DNA of 64,000 nt from Bacteroidota bacterium (GCA_031418215.1 JANOXC010000154.1:1716-65715), one strand, 5' to 3'; shown: positions 1 to 10,572, counted from the stretch's first letter. A program made the numbers and translations. Notes: generated by a model from the sequence alone, not told the origin.

Positions 1-156
1 CTTGAAAAATGCCAGGAAAAAAAACACAAATAGGGAAATACCAGTAACTGTTAAAAATCTTTTGCTGAAGTTCTCTGAATAAGGAAAAGGCTGTTGTAAA
101 AAAGTGATCATTGTAATAAAAAAATAGTATTAAAATAAAGTTGAACCCGCCTGGTT

Positions 157-2883
157 TTACTGCAGATATTTATCCTGAAAAAACATGGCATATTTCTGAA
201 TATCCTTTGTTTGTGCAAGCTGCGTGAGGTTTGTTGGTGATATTACAAAAAACTGTGTGCTTCCGCCGGCTAATAAAATTAGTACGTTGGGATCCTGAGT
301 GATGCTGGTATAATAACTCATTGCTGACTCTTTATTGGTAAACCCTGACACAGCAATGTATAACCATGAAAGATCAATGTTCCCGGTTTGAATCTGTAAG
401 TTAGCTGCTTTGAAGTTGTTGTTATTAAATGAAATGATTTTGTTTTTATTGTCATTCACATTAATACCCGCATCCCTTCTGGCCAATATTAAAAACATAT
501 GCGGACTTTCCGGTGCGTATGAAAAAGCAGTACTGTCAATAACTGCATTAAGACTGCTATTTGACTGCAATGAGTCATTTGCTGTTGCAGTGGCTTGCCT
601 GGCCTTAATAAACGCTAATATATCTTTTGCACGAAAGCTTACGGTGTCTTTTGGATATGAACGAACCACTTCTTCCAAAGCAATTTCAAAATTATTTATT
701 GATTGCGTTTTCCCAATTGCCAGTGCTTTGAGCAAAGCAAACTTTCCTGCCAACGGGTTGTTTTTGGGAAACAAGGTGTCTGCCAGTGTTTTTCTATCTA
801 TCACATCACCATACTGGCCATTGAGGTAAGCACGGTAAGTGTTTTCGTAATACACTTGTAATACAGCTGTTTTCTTTTTTGCTTCTGCAAAATAATTCGG
901 GTTAAGGATTAACTTGCTGTATTCCGACTCAGGATAATTCTTCACCAAGAAATCCTTGTACCTTGCAGCATTCACGGAATCATTCAATGCTGCATATAAT
1001 CGGTAGAGATTATAATAGGAAGGAAGTTTATATTTATTATCGGGGAAGCGCGAATCAAGTGTTTCAAAACTTTTAACTGATTCCGGGAAATTCCCTAATT
1101 GTTCTTTATATATAATGCCAACATTATAGTACGCTTCTATAACTTTTGCGTTTGACTCCTTTCGTTGTGCATCGCTTGTTGGAACGGATTTTAAATAGGC
1201 TACTTTTCTTTTATCAGCATCAAGGCTGGCCAGTGAGTCTGCCATTGCAATTTGCGAATCGGCAAGGCTGTCTATTGAACCGACCGATGAGCCATCCTCC
1301 TCTTGAACTGTTGACTCTGCCTCTTTATCAACCCTTCGCCAGTTATCCTCCAGCTTTCGGAACCCCCATTTTTTCATGAACTCTTTTATCCCTGCACTCA
1401 TGGAGGCTGCATTATAAAAATACCAAGCCCCTTGTTGTGTAGCGGAGGGTTGCCTATAGTTGCGCGGCTGACTTTTCAATTGCTTTTCTTCCAATCCCTG
1501 TTGCTCTTCCATTCGCTGCGCTTCCTCCTTAATCATTCTTTGCCTGTCCTTTTCCTCCGTTTCGCGCTGAATCACTGCATCTATCCTTGCCTCTTGTTCA
1601 GCAAAGGAGAGTCGCGATAATCCCTGAAGACTATCTTCCATCATGATAATTCGTAAATTCTTTACCAGCCTTTCTAAACTATTTCGACGTTGCAAAATTT
1701 CATAATAATCCGGATGTTCATTACTTAAAACCACAATACAGCTATCGTAATAATCAGAGGCAGGAACATATTCAGGGCGTGCATAATATATATCGCCAAG
1801 CGTTTTATAACTCATGGCTTTCTGATTGGTATTGTTGGTGCCTGCCGACAATGACAAATTCAAGTAGTCAATAGCCTCCTCTTCCTTTTTCTCCTGTTGG
1901 GCAATCCCGGCCAATGCATAATATATTTGATCCATGTATTCTGCATTCTTATCATCCTTTAGCATCTTCATCAACTCCCGCTTTACGGACTCACCATTTT
2001 CACTATTCACATCAAAACAACGTGCACGGTTGATACGTGCATTAAATGCCAGTTCATAAGGAGGATTTAACCTGATGACTTTTGAATAAGCGGCAAATGC
2101 AAGCTTTGTGCTGTCTTGTTTTTGCAATAACTGAGCGAGAATGAAATAATAACGGGCGCGTGAATCTTTTTTCTTTGTGTAAATTGCTGCATGCTCAATT
2201 TCTTCAATTGCTTTGGGTATGTTTTTTTGCATCAAATAAAAACTAGCTGCTGTAGCGGCATAGTCTCCTTTCAGACGAACAGGAAAATTTTTGTCGTTCT
2301 TTAAAAAGTCAAGGAGATACTCTGCATCAGTTGTTTTACCAAGTTCTAAATAGGATCGTGCAAGCCATACTAATGCATCATAACGTACGCCACCATCTTT
2401 ATACTCCGATGAGGTATATTGAAAGGTTTCAATGGCTGTCCAGAAATCGTGTTTATAAAACTGCGCCTGCCCAATGATGAAATAACAGTCTTCAATCCAA
2501 ATATTTCTTTCCGCTAATTTCTCATTATGCTTGCTCTTAGCAACAATAGAATGACGTTGAATAGCAATAGATGCTTTTTTTATGGCTTCATCCATATCAG
2601 GAAAAATACCTTTTGCTGCGCCATCATCTCCATATTGGAAAACAGAAAGTACCCTGTCGTATTTATCCTGTTGTGCAGCGGCAAGCGTTACAGCTCCCTG
2701 TCGAACTCTTTCACGTGCATTGAAAAAGTAATTGTAATGGGTGGTAGTTCCGTGATAAGCGCAACTCACATAATTGTTTTTACGTGCGCCGCAGGAAGAA
2801 AAAAAGAGGATAAAAAGAAAGTAAAGGGGAACAAGTGTTCCGAACCCGATTTTTTTAAACTTATTGTTGCTTGGCACGTGCAT
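157..2883 (-). CDS. TPR-repeat lipoprotein, possibly SprE/PorW-like
   Basis: 908-aa ORF with an N-terminal signal peptide and lipobox (FFSSC). Long runs of TPR-like helical repeats and a central Glu/Gln-rich coiled coil. The SprE/PorW assignment is only by size and architecture. Confidence 0.6.
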   Translation of the reverse strand: MHVPSNNKFKKIGFGTLVPLYFLFILFFSSCGARKNNYVSCAYHGTTTHYNYFFNARERVRQGAVTLAAAQQDKYDRVLSVFQYGDDGAAKGIFPDMDEAIKKASIAIQRHSIVAKSKHNEKLAERNIWIEDCYFIIGQAQFYKHDFWTAIETFQYTSSEYKDGGVRYDALVWLARSYLELGKTTDAEYLLDFLKNDKNFPVRLKGDYAATAASFYLMQKNIPKAIEEIEHAAIYTKKKDSRARYYFILAQLLQKQDSTKLAFAAYSKVIRLNPPYELAFNARINRARCFDVNSENGESVKRELMKMLKDDKNAEYMDQIYYALAGIAQQEKKEEEAIDYLNLSLSAGTNNTNQKAMSYKTLGDIYYARPEYVPASDYYDSCIVVLSNEHPDYYEILQRRNSLERLVKNLRIIMMEDSLQGLSRLSFAEQEARIDAVIQRETEEKDRQRMIKEEAQRMEEQQGLEEKQLKSQPRNYRQPSATQQGAWYFYNAASMSAGIKEFMKKWGFRKLEDNWRRVDKEAESTVQEEDGSSVGSIDSLADSQIAMADSLASLDADKRKVAYLKSVPTSDAQRKESNAKVIEAYYNVGIIYKEQLGNFPESVKSFETLDSRFPDNKYKLPSYYNLYRLYAALNDSVNAARYKDFLVKNYPESEYSKLILNPNYFAEAKKKTAVLQVYYENTYRAYLNGQYGDVIDRKTLADTLFPKNNPLAGKFALLKALAIGKTQSINNFEIALEEVVRSYPKDTVSFRAKDILAFIKARQATATANDSLQSNSSLNAVIDSTAFSYAPESPHMFLILARRDAGINVNDNKNKIISFNNNNFKAANLQIQTGNIDLSWLYIAVSGFTNKESAMSYYTSITQDPNVLILLAGGSTQFFVISPTNLTQLAQTKDIQKYAMFFQDKYLQ

Positions 2884-2953
2884 TAAATTCTATTGGCCAA
2901 ATATCGTAAATCCATAGTAATGAAGCATTATAAGCAATTTACCGATATTTGTA

Positions 2954-3832
2954 GTGATGATTCCTGAACGTAAAAAACGTCAACGCATTGCACGCAAGCT
3001 TCGTAACAAGTTCAGGCTCGTTATTTTGAATGCCGAAACATTTGAAGAAAAGGCCGCTTTAAAGCTGTCTCCAATGAATGTTATTGTTTTTTTCGGCACC
3101 ATTATGATCAGTCTGATTACAATTACGCTTTATGTAATTGCCTTTACCCCTCTCAGGGAGTACATACCCGGTTATGCAGATGTCAACATGAGAAGGTCAT
3201 TGGTGAAACTGGCGCTCAATGCCGATTCTTTATCAACGGAAATGCACGCTAACGACCTATATCTTGATAATTTCAGAAATATTCTTGAAGATCAGCCAAC
3301 TAGTGCAAGACCGGTGGCTGATACTTCAGTTACTACTTTGTATGATTCGGTAAGGACTCTTCAGCGCTCTGAAGATGACTCACTATTACGTAGGTTGGTG
3401 GAGTCGCAGGACCAGTATGAGTTATTATCAACAACTGAGAAACCTTTTGCAATTGGTATAGGGAGTTATGTTTTCTTTACTCCTGTAAAAGGAACGATTA
3501 CCACCCCTTTCAATGCTCTTAAAAAACATTATGGGGTGGATATTGTAGCAGCGCCTGATGAAGTGATCAAATCAGCACTCGACGGCACTGTTTTATTTTC
3601 CAACTGGACATCAGAAACAGGATATGTAATTGGAGTTCAGCATAGCAATAATTTATTTACCATCTATAAACACAATTCAGCATTGCTTAAAAAAGTTGGC
3701 GATTACGTCAAAGCAGGTGAGGTTATTGCCATCATCGGAAATACCGGTGAATTCACCACCGGGCCCCATCTACATTTTGAGTTGTGGTATAATGGCAGTC
3801 CGGTAAATCCAATGGATTATATTGCTTTCTAA
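2954..3832 (+). CDS. M23 family metallopeptidase
   Basis: N-terminal transmembrane segment. C-terminal LytM/M23 motif (GNTGEFTTGPHLHFELWYNGSPVNP). Confidence 0.8.
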   Translation: MMIPERKKRQRIARKLRNKFRLVILNAETFEEKAALKLSPMNVIVFFGTIMISLITITLYVIAFTPLREYIPGYADVNMRRSLVKLALNADSLSTEMHANDLYLDNFRNILEDQPTSARPVADTSVTTLYDSVRTLQRSEDDSLLRRLVESQDQYELLSTTEKPFAIGIGSYVFFTPVKGTITTPFNALKKHYGVDIVAAPDEVIKSALDGTVLFSNWTSETGYVIGVQHSNNLFTIYKHNSALLKKVGDYVKAGEVIAIIGNTGEFTTGPHLHFELWYNGSPVNPMDYIAF

Positions 3833-3880
3833 TAGTAAACAATGTGCTTACCATTATAACACCATACATTCGAAGCCTTT

Positions 3881-5077
3881 ATGAAGCCTGATCAACCACC
3901 AAAACGAAATATCGCCATTCTTGGATCAACAGGATCGATTGGCAAACAGGCACTTGAAGTGATTGCCGCCTACCCTGATTTTTTCCAGGTTGAACTTTTA
4001 ACCTCCAATAAAAATGCTGATTTATTAATTGACCAGGCCAGACAATTCAAGCCTAACACGGTAGTCATTTGCGATGAAACAAAATACGATTATGTAAAAA
4101 ATGCTTTACGTGATGAGCCGGTAAAAATCTTTAGTGGAAATAAATCCATCATCCAGGCTTTGGAAATGGATTCAATTGATGTGGTGCTTACTGCTATGGT
4201 GGGTTTTGCGGGCCTGGAACCAACGATGGCGGCAATAAAAAACAAAAGAACGATTGCCCTTGCAAACAAAGAAACGCTGGTGGTAGCAGGAGAGCTGATT
4301 ACGGCAATGGCAATGCAGGAAGGTGTTAATATTTATCCTGTTGACTCTGAGCATTCCGCCATTTTTCAATGCCTTGTAGGGGAGTTTCACAATCCCATTG
4401 AAAAAATATATTTAACAGCCTCCGGAGGCCCTTTCAGAGGTAAAGACCAGGCCTTTTTGTCGGGTGTGAAAAAGGAAAATGCCTTGAAACATCCTAACTG
4501 GGACATGGGTGCTAAAATCACCATTGATTCTGCCACACTGATGAATAAAGGGCTGGAGATGATTGAGGCTAAATGGCTTTTTGGGCTGAAACCGGAACAG
4601 ATCGATGTAATTGTACATCCTCAATCAATCGTACACAGTATCGTACAATTCGAAGATGGCTCTATGAAGGCACAGATGGGGTTACCTGATATGAAGCTGC
4701 CAATTCAATATGCTTTGGGATATCCTAAAAGACTAAAATCCGACTTCAAACGTTTTAATTTCATCAACTACCCATCCCTCACCTTTGAACAACCGGATAG
4801 AACGACTTTTCGTTGTCTCTCTTTAGCAGAGGAGGCGATGGGAAAGGGCGGAAATATGTCATGTATTATGAATGCCGCCAATGAAGTGGCTGTTGAGGCA
4901 TTTCTGCACGATCAGATTGGATTTATTGAAATCCCACAACTCATTGAATCTTGTATGCGTGTCGTTAATTTTATCAGTATTCCATCTTATAGTGACTATC
5001 AGGAAACCGATCGGTTGGCAAGAGCGAAAGCGAAAGAAATGATAGGGAGTAAAAAAAGTGTAATTTCGTCGACTTGA
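3881..5077 (+). CDS. dxr: 1-deoxy-D-xylulose 5-phosphate reductoisomerase
   Basis: GSTGSIGKQALEV NADPH-binding motif; LANKETLV and DSEHSAIFQCL Dxr signatures; 398 aa. Confidence 0.9.
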   Translation: MKPDQPPKRNIAILGSTGSIGKQALEVIAAYPDFFQVELLTSNKNADLLIDQARQFKPNTVVICDETKYDYVKNALRDEPVKIFSGNKSIIQALEMDSIDVVLTAMVGFAGLEPTMAAIKNKRTIALANKETLVVAGELITAMAMQEGVNIYPVDSEHSAIFQCLVGEFHNPIEKIYLTASGGPFRGKDQAFLSGVKKENALKHPNWDMGAKITIDSATLMNKGLEMIEAKWLFGLKPEQIDVIVHPQSIVHSIVQFEDGSMKAQMGLPDMKLPIQYALGYPKRLKSDFKRFNFINYPSLTFEQPDRTTFRCLSLAEEAMGKGGNMSCIMNAANEVAVEAFLHDQIGFIEIPQLIESCMRVVNFISIPSYSDYQETDRLARAKAKEMIGSKKSVISST

Positions 5078-5153
5078 AAAAAAACAGCCCGGTACAACTA
5101 AATAACTTTTACCGGCATTCTCACACTCACTAATTCTAACAAAAAAATAATTA

Positions 5154-6491
5154 ATGACGGGTTTAATAATGGCTGCTCAACTCATACTGGGATTATCAAT
5201 CTTGGTTACCTTGCATGAGTTAGGGCATTTTTTGGCAGCACGTGCCTTTGGCATCAAAGTAGAAAAGTTTTATTTGTTCTTCGACGCATGGGGATTTAAG
5301 TTCTTCAGCTTTAAAAAGGGGGATACGGAGTACGGTATGGGCTGGCTTCCATTGGGAGGTTACGTAAAGATAGCCGGAATGATCGATGAAAGTCTTGACT
5401 CTTCTCAGCTTGCTGCTGAGCCTGAGCCATGGGAATTTCGGTCGAAGCCGGCCTGGCAGCGTTTGATTGTAATGCTTGCAGGTGTTACAATGAATGTGAT
5501 ATTAGGCGTTGCAATATTTTCCTCCATCTTAATCGGCTATAAAACAGAATATCTTCCGACATCTGAAGTCAATAAGGGGGAAGGTATTTATGCTTATAAA
5601 TTAGGAAAGGAACTTGGTTTACAAAACGGAGACAAGATTGTTGCCATCAATGGAAAACCATTTGAGCGATTTGACGACCTGCTTTCAACACGTGTTATTT
5701 TTGGTGCTTTGTTAACCGTGGAACGTAACGGACAACAATTGGAAATAACTATTCCCGATAATTTTTACCGAACTATTAATGCTGCCGGCCCAATGAATTT
5801 TATTGGAACCGGAAGTATTAATTATGATATCACGCAGGTTTCACCGGGTGAACCGGCCGAAAAAGCTGGTTTTAAAGAAGGTGACAAAATCATTGCTATT
5901 GCAGGAAAACCAATCCTGGATGCCGACGATTTAAAGAATCAGATCTCCGTGCTGAAAGGTGGAAATATTATTGTGACAGTAGAAAGAGATCATCAAATGA
6001 AAGACCTTACTACTGCTATTTCACAGAAAGGCACTATTGGTATTGGTTATAATGCCAGCGCTCCGATGAATAAGAATTATCAAATGCACCCTTATACAAT
6101 ATCAACTGCTTTGAAATTTGGCTCCAGTGATGCCCTCGAAGCACTGGTTTCGAATGCAAAAGGGCTTCGTAAGATTTTTACCGGTGAAGAAAAAGCAACG
6201 GACTCTGTACAGGGTCCCATTGGTATTGCACAAATTTATGGCGGCAAATGGAACTGGCCACGTTTTTGGACGATTACCGGCTTGCTTTCTATGGTACTTG
6301 CCCTGATGAATATTCTACCTATTCCGGCACTTGATGGCGGACATGTAATATTCCTGGGAATTGAAAGTATTACCCGTAAAAAGCTCAGTGATAAATTCAT
6401 GGAGCGTGCCCAAATTGTTGGAATGGTTATTCTGCTTGCTTTAATGGCCTTTGCCATTGGCAATGATGTGTGGAAGCATGTGATTAACTAG
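5154..6491 (+). CDS. rseP: RIP zinc metalloprotease (site-2 protease) RseP
   Basis: HELGH zinc motif inside the first transmembrane helix, two PDZ-like regions, C-terminal membrane helices. The dxr-rseP adjacency is conserved. Confidence 0.85.
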   Translation: MTGLIMAAQLILGLSILVTLHELGHFLAARAFGIKVEKFYLFFDAWGFKFFSFKKGDTEYGMGWLPLGGYVKIAGMIDESLDSSQLAAEPEPWEFRSKPAWQRLIVMLAGVTMNVILGVAIFSSILIGYKTEYLPTSEVNKGEGIYAYKLGKELGLQNGDKIVAINGKPFERFDDLLSTRVIFGALLTVERNGQQLEITIPDNFYRTINAAGPMNFIGTGSINYDITQVSPGEPAEKAGFKEGDKIIAIAGKPILDADDLKNQISVLKGGNIIVTVERDHQMKDLTTAISQKGTIGIGYNASAPMNKNYQMHPYTISTALKFGSSDALEALVSNAKGLRKIFTGEEKATDSVQGPIGIAQIYGGKWNWPRFWTITGLLSMVLALMNILPIPALDGGHVIFLGIESITRKKLSDKFMERAQIVGMVILLALMAFAIGNDVWKHVIN

Positions 6492-6580
6492 CCATCCTAT
6501 ATATTTATAATGGGCTCGACTTTGCCCTTTCTTAATTAGTTGCTTATTACTTTCTTTGATCTTATATATACATCAATACA

Positions 6581-7363
6581 TTGTCTGATAATTTTGAGAT
6601 AAGGCTACCGCAATTTGAAGGTCCGTTTGACCTGTTGCTTTTTTTTATTGAACGCGACGAACTGGATATTCACGATATTCCAATTGCAGGAATTGTCAAT
6701 GATTTTATGGAATACATGCATAGCATGAAAACCATGAATATTGAATTAGCCAGTGAATGGATTTTAGTTGCAGCGACATTGATGCGCATCAAAGCGAAAA
6801 TGTTATTGCCAAGGTATGAAAAGGATGAACAGGGCAATGTTATTGATCCTCGTCAGGATTTAGTTCGCCAGCTGTTGGATTATAAACAGTTTAAAGCTGC
6901 CGCGGAAGATTTACGTAATATGGAAGATGAACGCATGATGCGCTTTACACGTGGCAACCTGCAACAGGAATTATTGAAGATGGCCGGTGATATGGAAACC
7001 GGATATGCCGGTGAACTCAATCATCTTACTTTATATAAACTGATTGCTACCTTTGAAAAGGTAATGGTCCGTTTTGATGATATTCAAAACCGTGTGATAC
7101 ATACGGTAGTGCAGTATCCTTATACCTTAGACAGCCAGAAAGATTATATAAAAGAAAGATTAGTAAGAAAGCCGCAGATGAATTTTACCGAGCTTTTTGA
7201 AGATTGCACAAGCAGGATACATGCTGTATTTACTTTTCTTGCATTGCTTGAATTATTACAGACACGAAACATCGTGATTTTTTTAGGTGAAGGATTTAAC
7301 AGTTTTGTAGTAAGCACCACGGAAGCAGCACCTCAACAGCAAAATCCTGCCGATGCAGAATAA
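6581..7363 (+). CDS. scpA: segregation and condensation protein A
   Basis: N-terminal FEGPFDLLL..IE..ELDI motif typical of ScpA; 260 aa. Confidence 0.8.
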   Translation: MSDNFEIRLPQFEGPFDLLLFFIERDELDIHDIPIAGIVNDFMEYMHSMKTMNIELASEWILVAATLMRIKAKMLLPRYEKDEQGNVIDPRQDLVRQLLDYKQFKAAAEDLRNMEDERMMRFTRGNLQQELLKMAGDMETGYAGELNHLTLYKLIATFEKVMVRFDDIQNRVIHTVVQYPYTLDSQKDYIKERLVRKPQMNFTELFEDCTSRIHAVFTFLALLELLQTRNIVIFLGEGFNSFVVSTTEAAPQQQNPADAE

Positions 7364-8414
7364 GACACGGGATGTCTTAAAAAGTTTTTCAACGGGAAAA
7401 ATTATTTGGCCTGTTTTAATAGGATTGAGCGTTGCAACATGGTTGCTGCTGCGTGAGTTTGACCCAAATGCTTATGCACGTATTGAGTGGACAACCACTT
7501 CCACCTTGTGGCTTTGCATGGCCGGGTTGATGTTATTTGTCCGCGACTTCGCTTACATCATTCGTATTAGAATATTAACTGATGGTGAACTTAACTGGTA
7601 CCGTGCATTCATTGTCATAATGCTCTGGGAATTTGCATCGGCATTGGCTCCCGGTTTAGTGGGCGGTGGTTTCTTCTTCGCTATATTAATATTAAACCGT
7701 GAAGGAATTAATATGGGGCGCAGCATAACTGCCATCTTATATTCATCTTTCCTCGATGGAATATTTTTAGCACTGATGGCGCCGCTTGTTTATTTCACGG
7801 TAGGGAAAGAAGTTTTATTTTCAGGATTTAACATGAACAGTGTTTTTGGTAGTGGGATATTCTATTCTTTCTGGCTCATCTATTATATAATCATTGCCTA
7901 CAAACTTCTCGTTGCTTATGCATTGTTTGTGAATCCATATTTTGTACGGCGTCTGCTAATTGGCATGTTTTCTATTCCCATGTTGAAACATTGGAGAAGA
8001 GGTGCAGCGGAGACCGGCGATCAGCTAATCATTGCTTCGAAAGGATTAAAAGGTAAAAACCTGAAATACTGGTCGCTCTCATTAATCGCCACTTTCGCAT
8101 CATGGACTGCACGATATTCAATTGTTAACTTTTTAATTCATGCATTTCATGGCGACAAGCAATTGCATGATTGGGCTATATATGGTAAGCAGGTTATCAT
8201 GGGTATTTTAATCTTGGTAAGCCCAACGCCGGGTGGAAGCGGTGTTGCTGAATATATATTCAAGGATTTTCTTGGCGAATATATACCTCAAGGTCTGGCT
8301 CCCTCTTTAGGTCTTTTATGGAGGCTGATGAGTTATTATCCTTATCTGTTTATCGGGGCCATCATTTTACCAAAATGGATCAGGTCGCATTTTAAAAAGG
8401 ATGCGTTGCATTAA
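7353..8414 (+). CDS. polytopic membrane protein, flippase-like/UPF0104 (lysyl-PG synthase transmembrane-domain-like)
   Basis: Multiple transmembrane helices and a VSPTPGGSGVAEY motif. Overlaps scpA by 11 nt. Confidence 0.5.
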   Translation: MQNKTRDVLKSFSTGKIIWPVLIGLSVATWLLLREFDPNAYARIEWTTTSTLWLCMAGLMLFVRDFAYIIRIRILTDGELNWYRAFIVIMLWEFASALAPGLVGGGFFFAILILNREGINMGRSITAILYSSFLDGIFLALMAPLVYFTVGKEVLFSGFNMNSVFGSGIFYSFWLIYYIIIAYKLLVAYALFVNPYFVRRLLIGMFSIPMLKHWRRGAAETGDQLIIASKGLKGKNLKYWSLSLIATFASWTARYSIVNFLIHAFHGDKQLHDWAIYGKQVIMGILILVSPTPGGSGVAEYIFKDFLGEYIPQGLAPSLGLLWRLMSYYPYLFIGAIILPKWIRSHFKKDALH

Positions 8415-8521
8415 AAAAATTGCACAACTTGTCCGCGTTTGTAAAGCGGATGAACTACATAAGCGCATTTGCACTGAAACACATTATCCTTCTTAAGAAT
8501 ATATATAAAGATTTTCTCCCT

Positions 8522-8554
8522 CTTCAGTGTCTCCCTATTTCGGGGACACTGAAG
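8522..8554. repeat. short palindromic element (CTTCAGTGTCTCCC..GGGGACACTGAAG)
   Basis: Perfect inverted repeat readable in the sequence. Member of a family with copies at 8639, 14193, 14269 and 14682. Confidence 0.7.
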
Positions 8555-8638
8555 ATTGTAAAAATTTCACATTGCAAACGTTCTCGTGGATTACAACCTC
8601 GTTACAAAGAAGAACGAGTTTTGGATCATGCTTAGCTG

Positions 8639-8668
8639 CTTCAGTGTCCCTTACAGGAGACACTGAAG
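8639..8668. repeat. short palindromic element (CTTCAGTGTCCC-TTACAG-GAGACACTGAAG)
   Basis: Inverted repeat from the same family, sitting between the two 110-bp units. Confidence 0.7.
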
Positions 8669-8823
8669 AGACATTAAGTTTCTCCCTTTTTCGGGAACAC
8701 TGAAGATTGTAAAAATTTCGCGTTGCAAACGCTCTTGTGGATTACATCCTAGTTACAAACAAGGACAAGTTTTGAGGATACTGAAGTGAAATCAAACGCG
8801 GACGAAAAGAATATATATAAAGA

Positions 8824-9351
8824 TTACCCAACAGCCGGAGGAGGCGCCAGCATCACCGTTCCACACTTCTTACAAGTACATTTCTGTGTTGAAGAGTAAA
8901 AACTGTTCATTACTGCAGGAAGCTGGTTTACAATATCTGTTAATTCAAAAGTCTCTTCATAAAGTTTATTGCCGCAATTTTCACAAAACCACATACAGGC
9001 ATCCATCTCTGTTTTTTCACGGTATACTTCCATTACCAATCCAACAGTATTAGCAGGGCGTTGAGGTGAATGAGGTGTACGTGGCGGCAACAAAAAAATC
9101 TCTCCTTCATTAATAGGAATGGTAACAGGTTTGCCGTCTTCAATAATTTTTAAAGTAATGTCGCCTTCCAATTGAAAATAAAATTCCTCGCCTTCATTAT
9201 AATGATAATCCTTCCTTGAGTTTGGTCCGCCAACAACCATTACAATAAAATCATCGTTGTCTTTATATACTTGTTGATTACCAACGGGTGGTTTGAGGAG
9301 GTGACGGTTTTCATCAATCCACTTTTTAAAACTGAAGGGTCTTCTTATCAT
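8824..9351 (-). CDS. 3-hydroxyanthranilate 3,4-dioxygenase
   Basis: Cupin core with strong similarity to HAAO (NEGEEFYFQLEGD..IFLLPPRTPHSPQR..NTVGLV). C-terminal rubredoxin-like CxxC..CxxC site; 175 aa. Confidence 0.85.
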   Translation of the reverse strand: MIRRPFSFKKWIDENRHLLKPPVGNQQVYKDNDDFIVMVVGGPNSRKDYHYNEGEEFYFQLEGDITLKIIEDGKPVTIPINEGEIFLLPPRTPHSPQRPANTVGLVMEVYREKTEMDACMWFCENCGNKLYEETFELTDIVNQLPAVMNSFYSSTQKCTCKKCGTVMLAPPPAVG

Positions 9352-9381
9352 TTTTTTTACTGCTTATTTATTAAGTAAATA

Positions 9382-9672
9382 CTATTTTTTTTGTTTAAAT
9401 ATATCACGCAATTTATCGCCAAATTCAGAAAGCACTTCATCTGCTTTATGAGCCACTTCTTTGGCAGTATCTTCAGCCTTTCCGCCAAGATCCTTCAGAT
9501 TACTTTTAAAGGCATCCCCAAAATTACCATCCTTCATCACCGTATCAACTTCATCATGCAAGGCCTTGGGAAATTTGGATTTTAAATAAGAAGTAATGAC
9601 TTCTACTGCTTTAGTTGCCTGGTCACTGGATAAGCCAGCATCCTGCACCAATTGTTCTGTTAGCTTTGACAT
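9382..9672 (-). CDS. hypothetical small charged protein
   Basis: The ORF as drawn has an unlikely N-terminal extension; MSKLTEQ is a more probable start. Lys/Asp-rich helical protein with no recognised domain. Confidence 0.4.
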   Translation of the reverse strand: MSKLTEQLVQDAGLSSDQATKAVEVITSYLKSKFPKALHDEVDTVMKDGNFGDAFKSNLKDLGGKAEDTAKEVAHKADEVLSEFGDKLRDIFKQKK

Positions 9673-9783
9673 GGGTCTGTTATTATTAATCAACCAAAGG
9701 TAAGCATGATCATTGTATTTCAAAATTTATAGAGCAGTATGCCCGGAGTTGGTTTTCTTTGCAGGAAATTAAATAACTGAGGA

Positions 9784-10572
9784 ATGGATTTATCACTATC
9801 AGGAAAAAGAGCATTGGTTTGCGGCAGTACGCAAGGTATCGGTAAAGCAGCTGCAATTGAGCTATCAAAAATGGGAGCCTCCATTACACTTGTCGCAAGG
9901 AATGAGGACAAACTCAAAGAAACACTTCGCGCATTAGACAGTGGGCCACATCAAAGGCATGATTATATAGCTGTTGATTTTAATGATGCTGTCCGGTTGA
10001 AATCAAAAGTAACTTTGTACCTAGCTAAAACCGGTCCAGTGCAAATCCTGATCAACAATACAGGCGGGCCGCCAGCTGGTAAGGTAGAAAAGGCCCAGGA
10101 AGGGGAATTCCTTCAGGCATTTAACAACCATTTGCTTTGCAATCATGTTTTAATGCAGGCAGTGGTGGAAGGAATGAAGGCCTCGAAATACGGGAGAATC
10201 ATCAATGTAATTTCTACGTCTGTAAAAATTCCTTTAAAAGGATTGGGCGTTTCCAATACCATTCGCGCTGCAGTGGCTAATTGGTCTAAGACACTTGCTA
10301 CTGAACTTGCAATTCATCAAATTACAGTTAATAATGTCCTTCCCGGAGCAACCAACACCCAGCGCCTGCAGGGCATCATTGAAAATAAATCAAAAACAAC
10401 TGCGATTGCAACTGATGAGGTAATACATGAAATGGTAGCAGAAATTCCGGCCGGCCGTTTTGCAGAACCTGAAGAGGTTGCGAATGCTATTGCATTTCTT
10501 GCATCACCTGCTGCCTCCTATATCACCGGGATTAACTTACCTGTTGACGGGGGACGGACCGGATGTTTATAA
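9784..10572 (+). CDS. SDR family oxidoreductase
   Basis: GxxxGIG Rossmann motif (CGSTQGIGKAAA); 262 aa; FabG-like architecture. Confidence 0.8.
   Translation: MDLSLSGKRALVCGSTQGIGKAAAIELSKMGASITLVARNEDKLKETLRALDSGPHQRHDYIAVDFNDAVRLKSKVTLYLAKTGPVQILINNTGGPPAGKVEKAQEGEFLQAFNNHLLCNHVLMQAVVEGMKASKYGRIINVISTSVKIPLKGLGVSNTIRAAVANWSKTLATELAIHQITVNNVLPGATNTQRLQGIIENKSKTTAIATDEVIHEMVAEIPAGRFAEPEEVANAIAFLASPAASYITGINLPVDGGRTGCL

Larger units (their letters stand above)
8514..8806. repeat. segment made of two ~110-bp direct-repeat units, flanked by 19-bp direct repeats AAGAATATATATAAAGATT (8496-8513 and 8807-8825)
   Basis: Unit 1 at about 8517-8625 and unit 2 at about 8679-8790 are about 85% identical. 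Each starts with a CTTCAGTGTC..GACACTGAAG hairpin. Unit 1 ends in a terminator-like hairpin (CTCGTT-N8-GAACGAG, then TTTT). Confidence 0.7.

Noticed and set aside
1-156. Possible partial gene at the left edge
   Set aside because: No convincing ORF or homology in 156 bp. Treated as intergenic.
8420-8635. 71-aa ORF
   Set aside because: It lies wholly within the duplicated 110-bp and hairpin repeat region, and the equivalent frame in the second repeat is broken.
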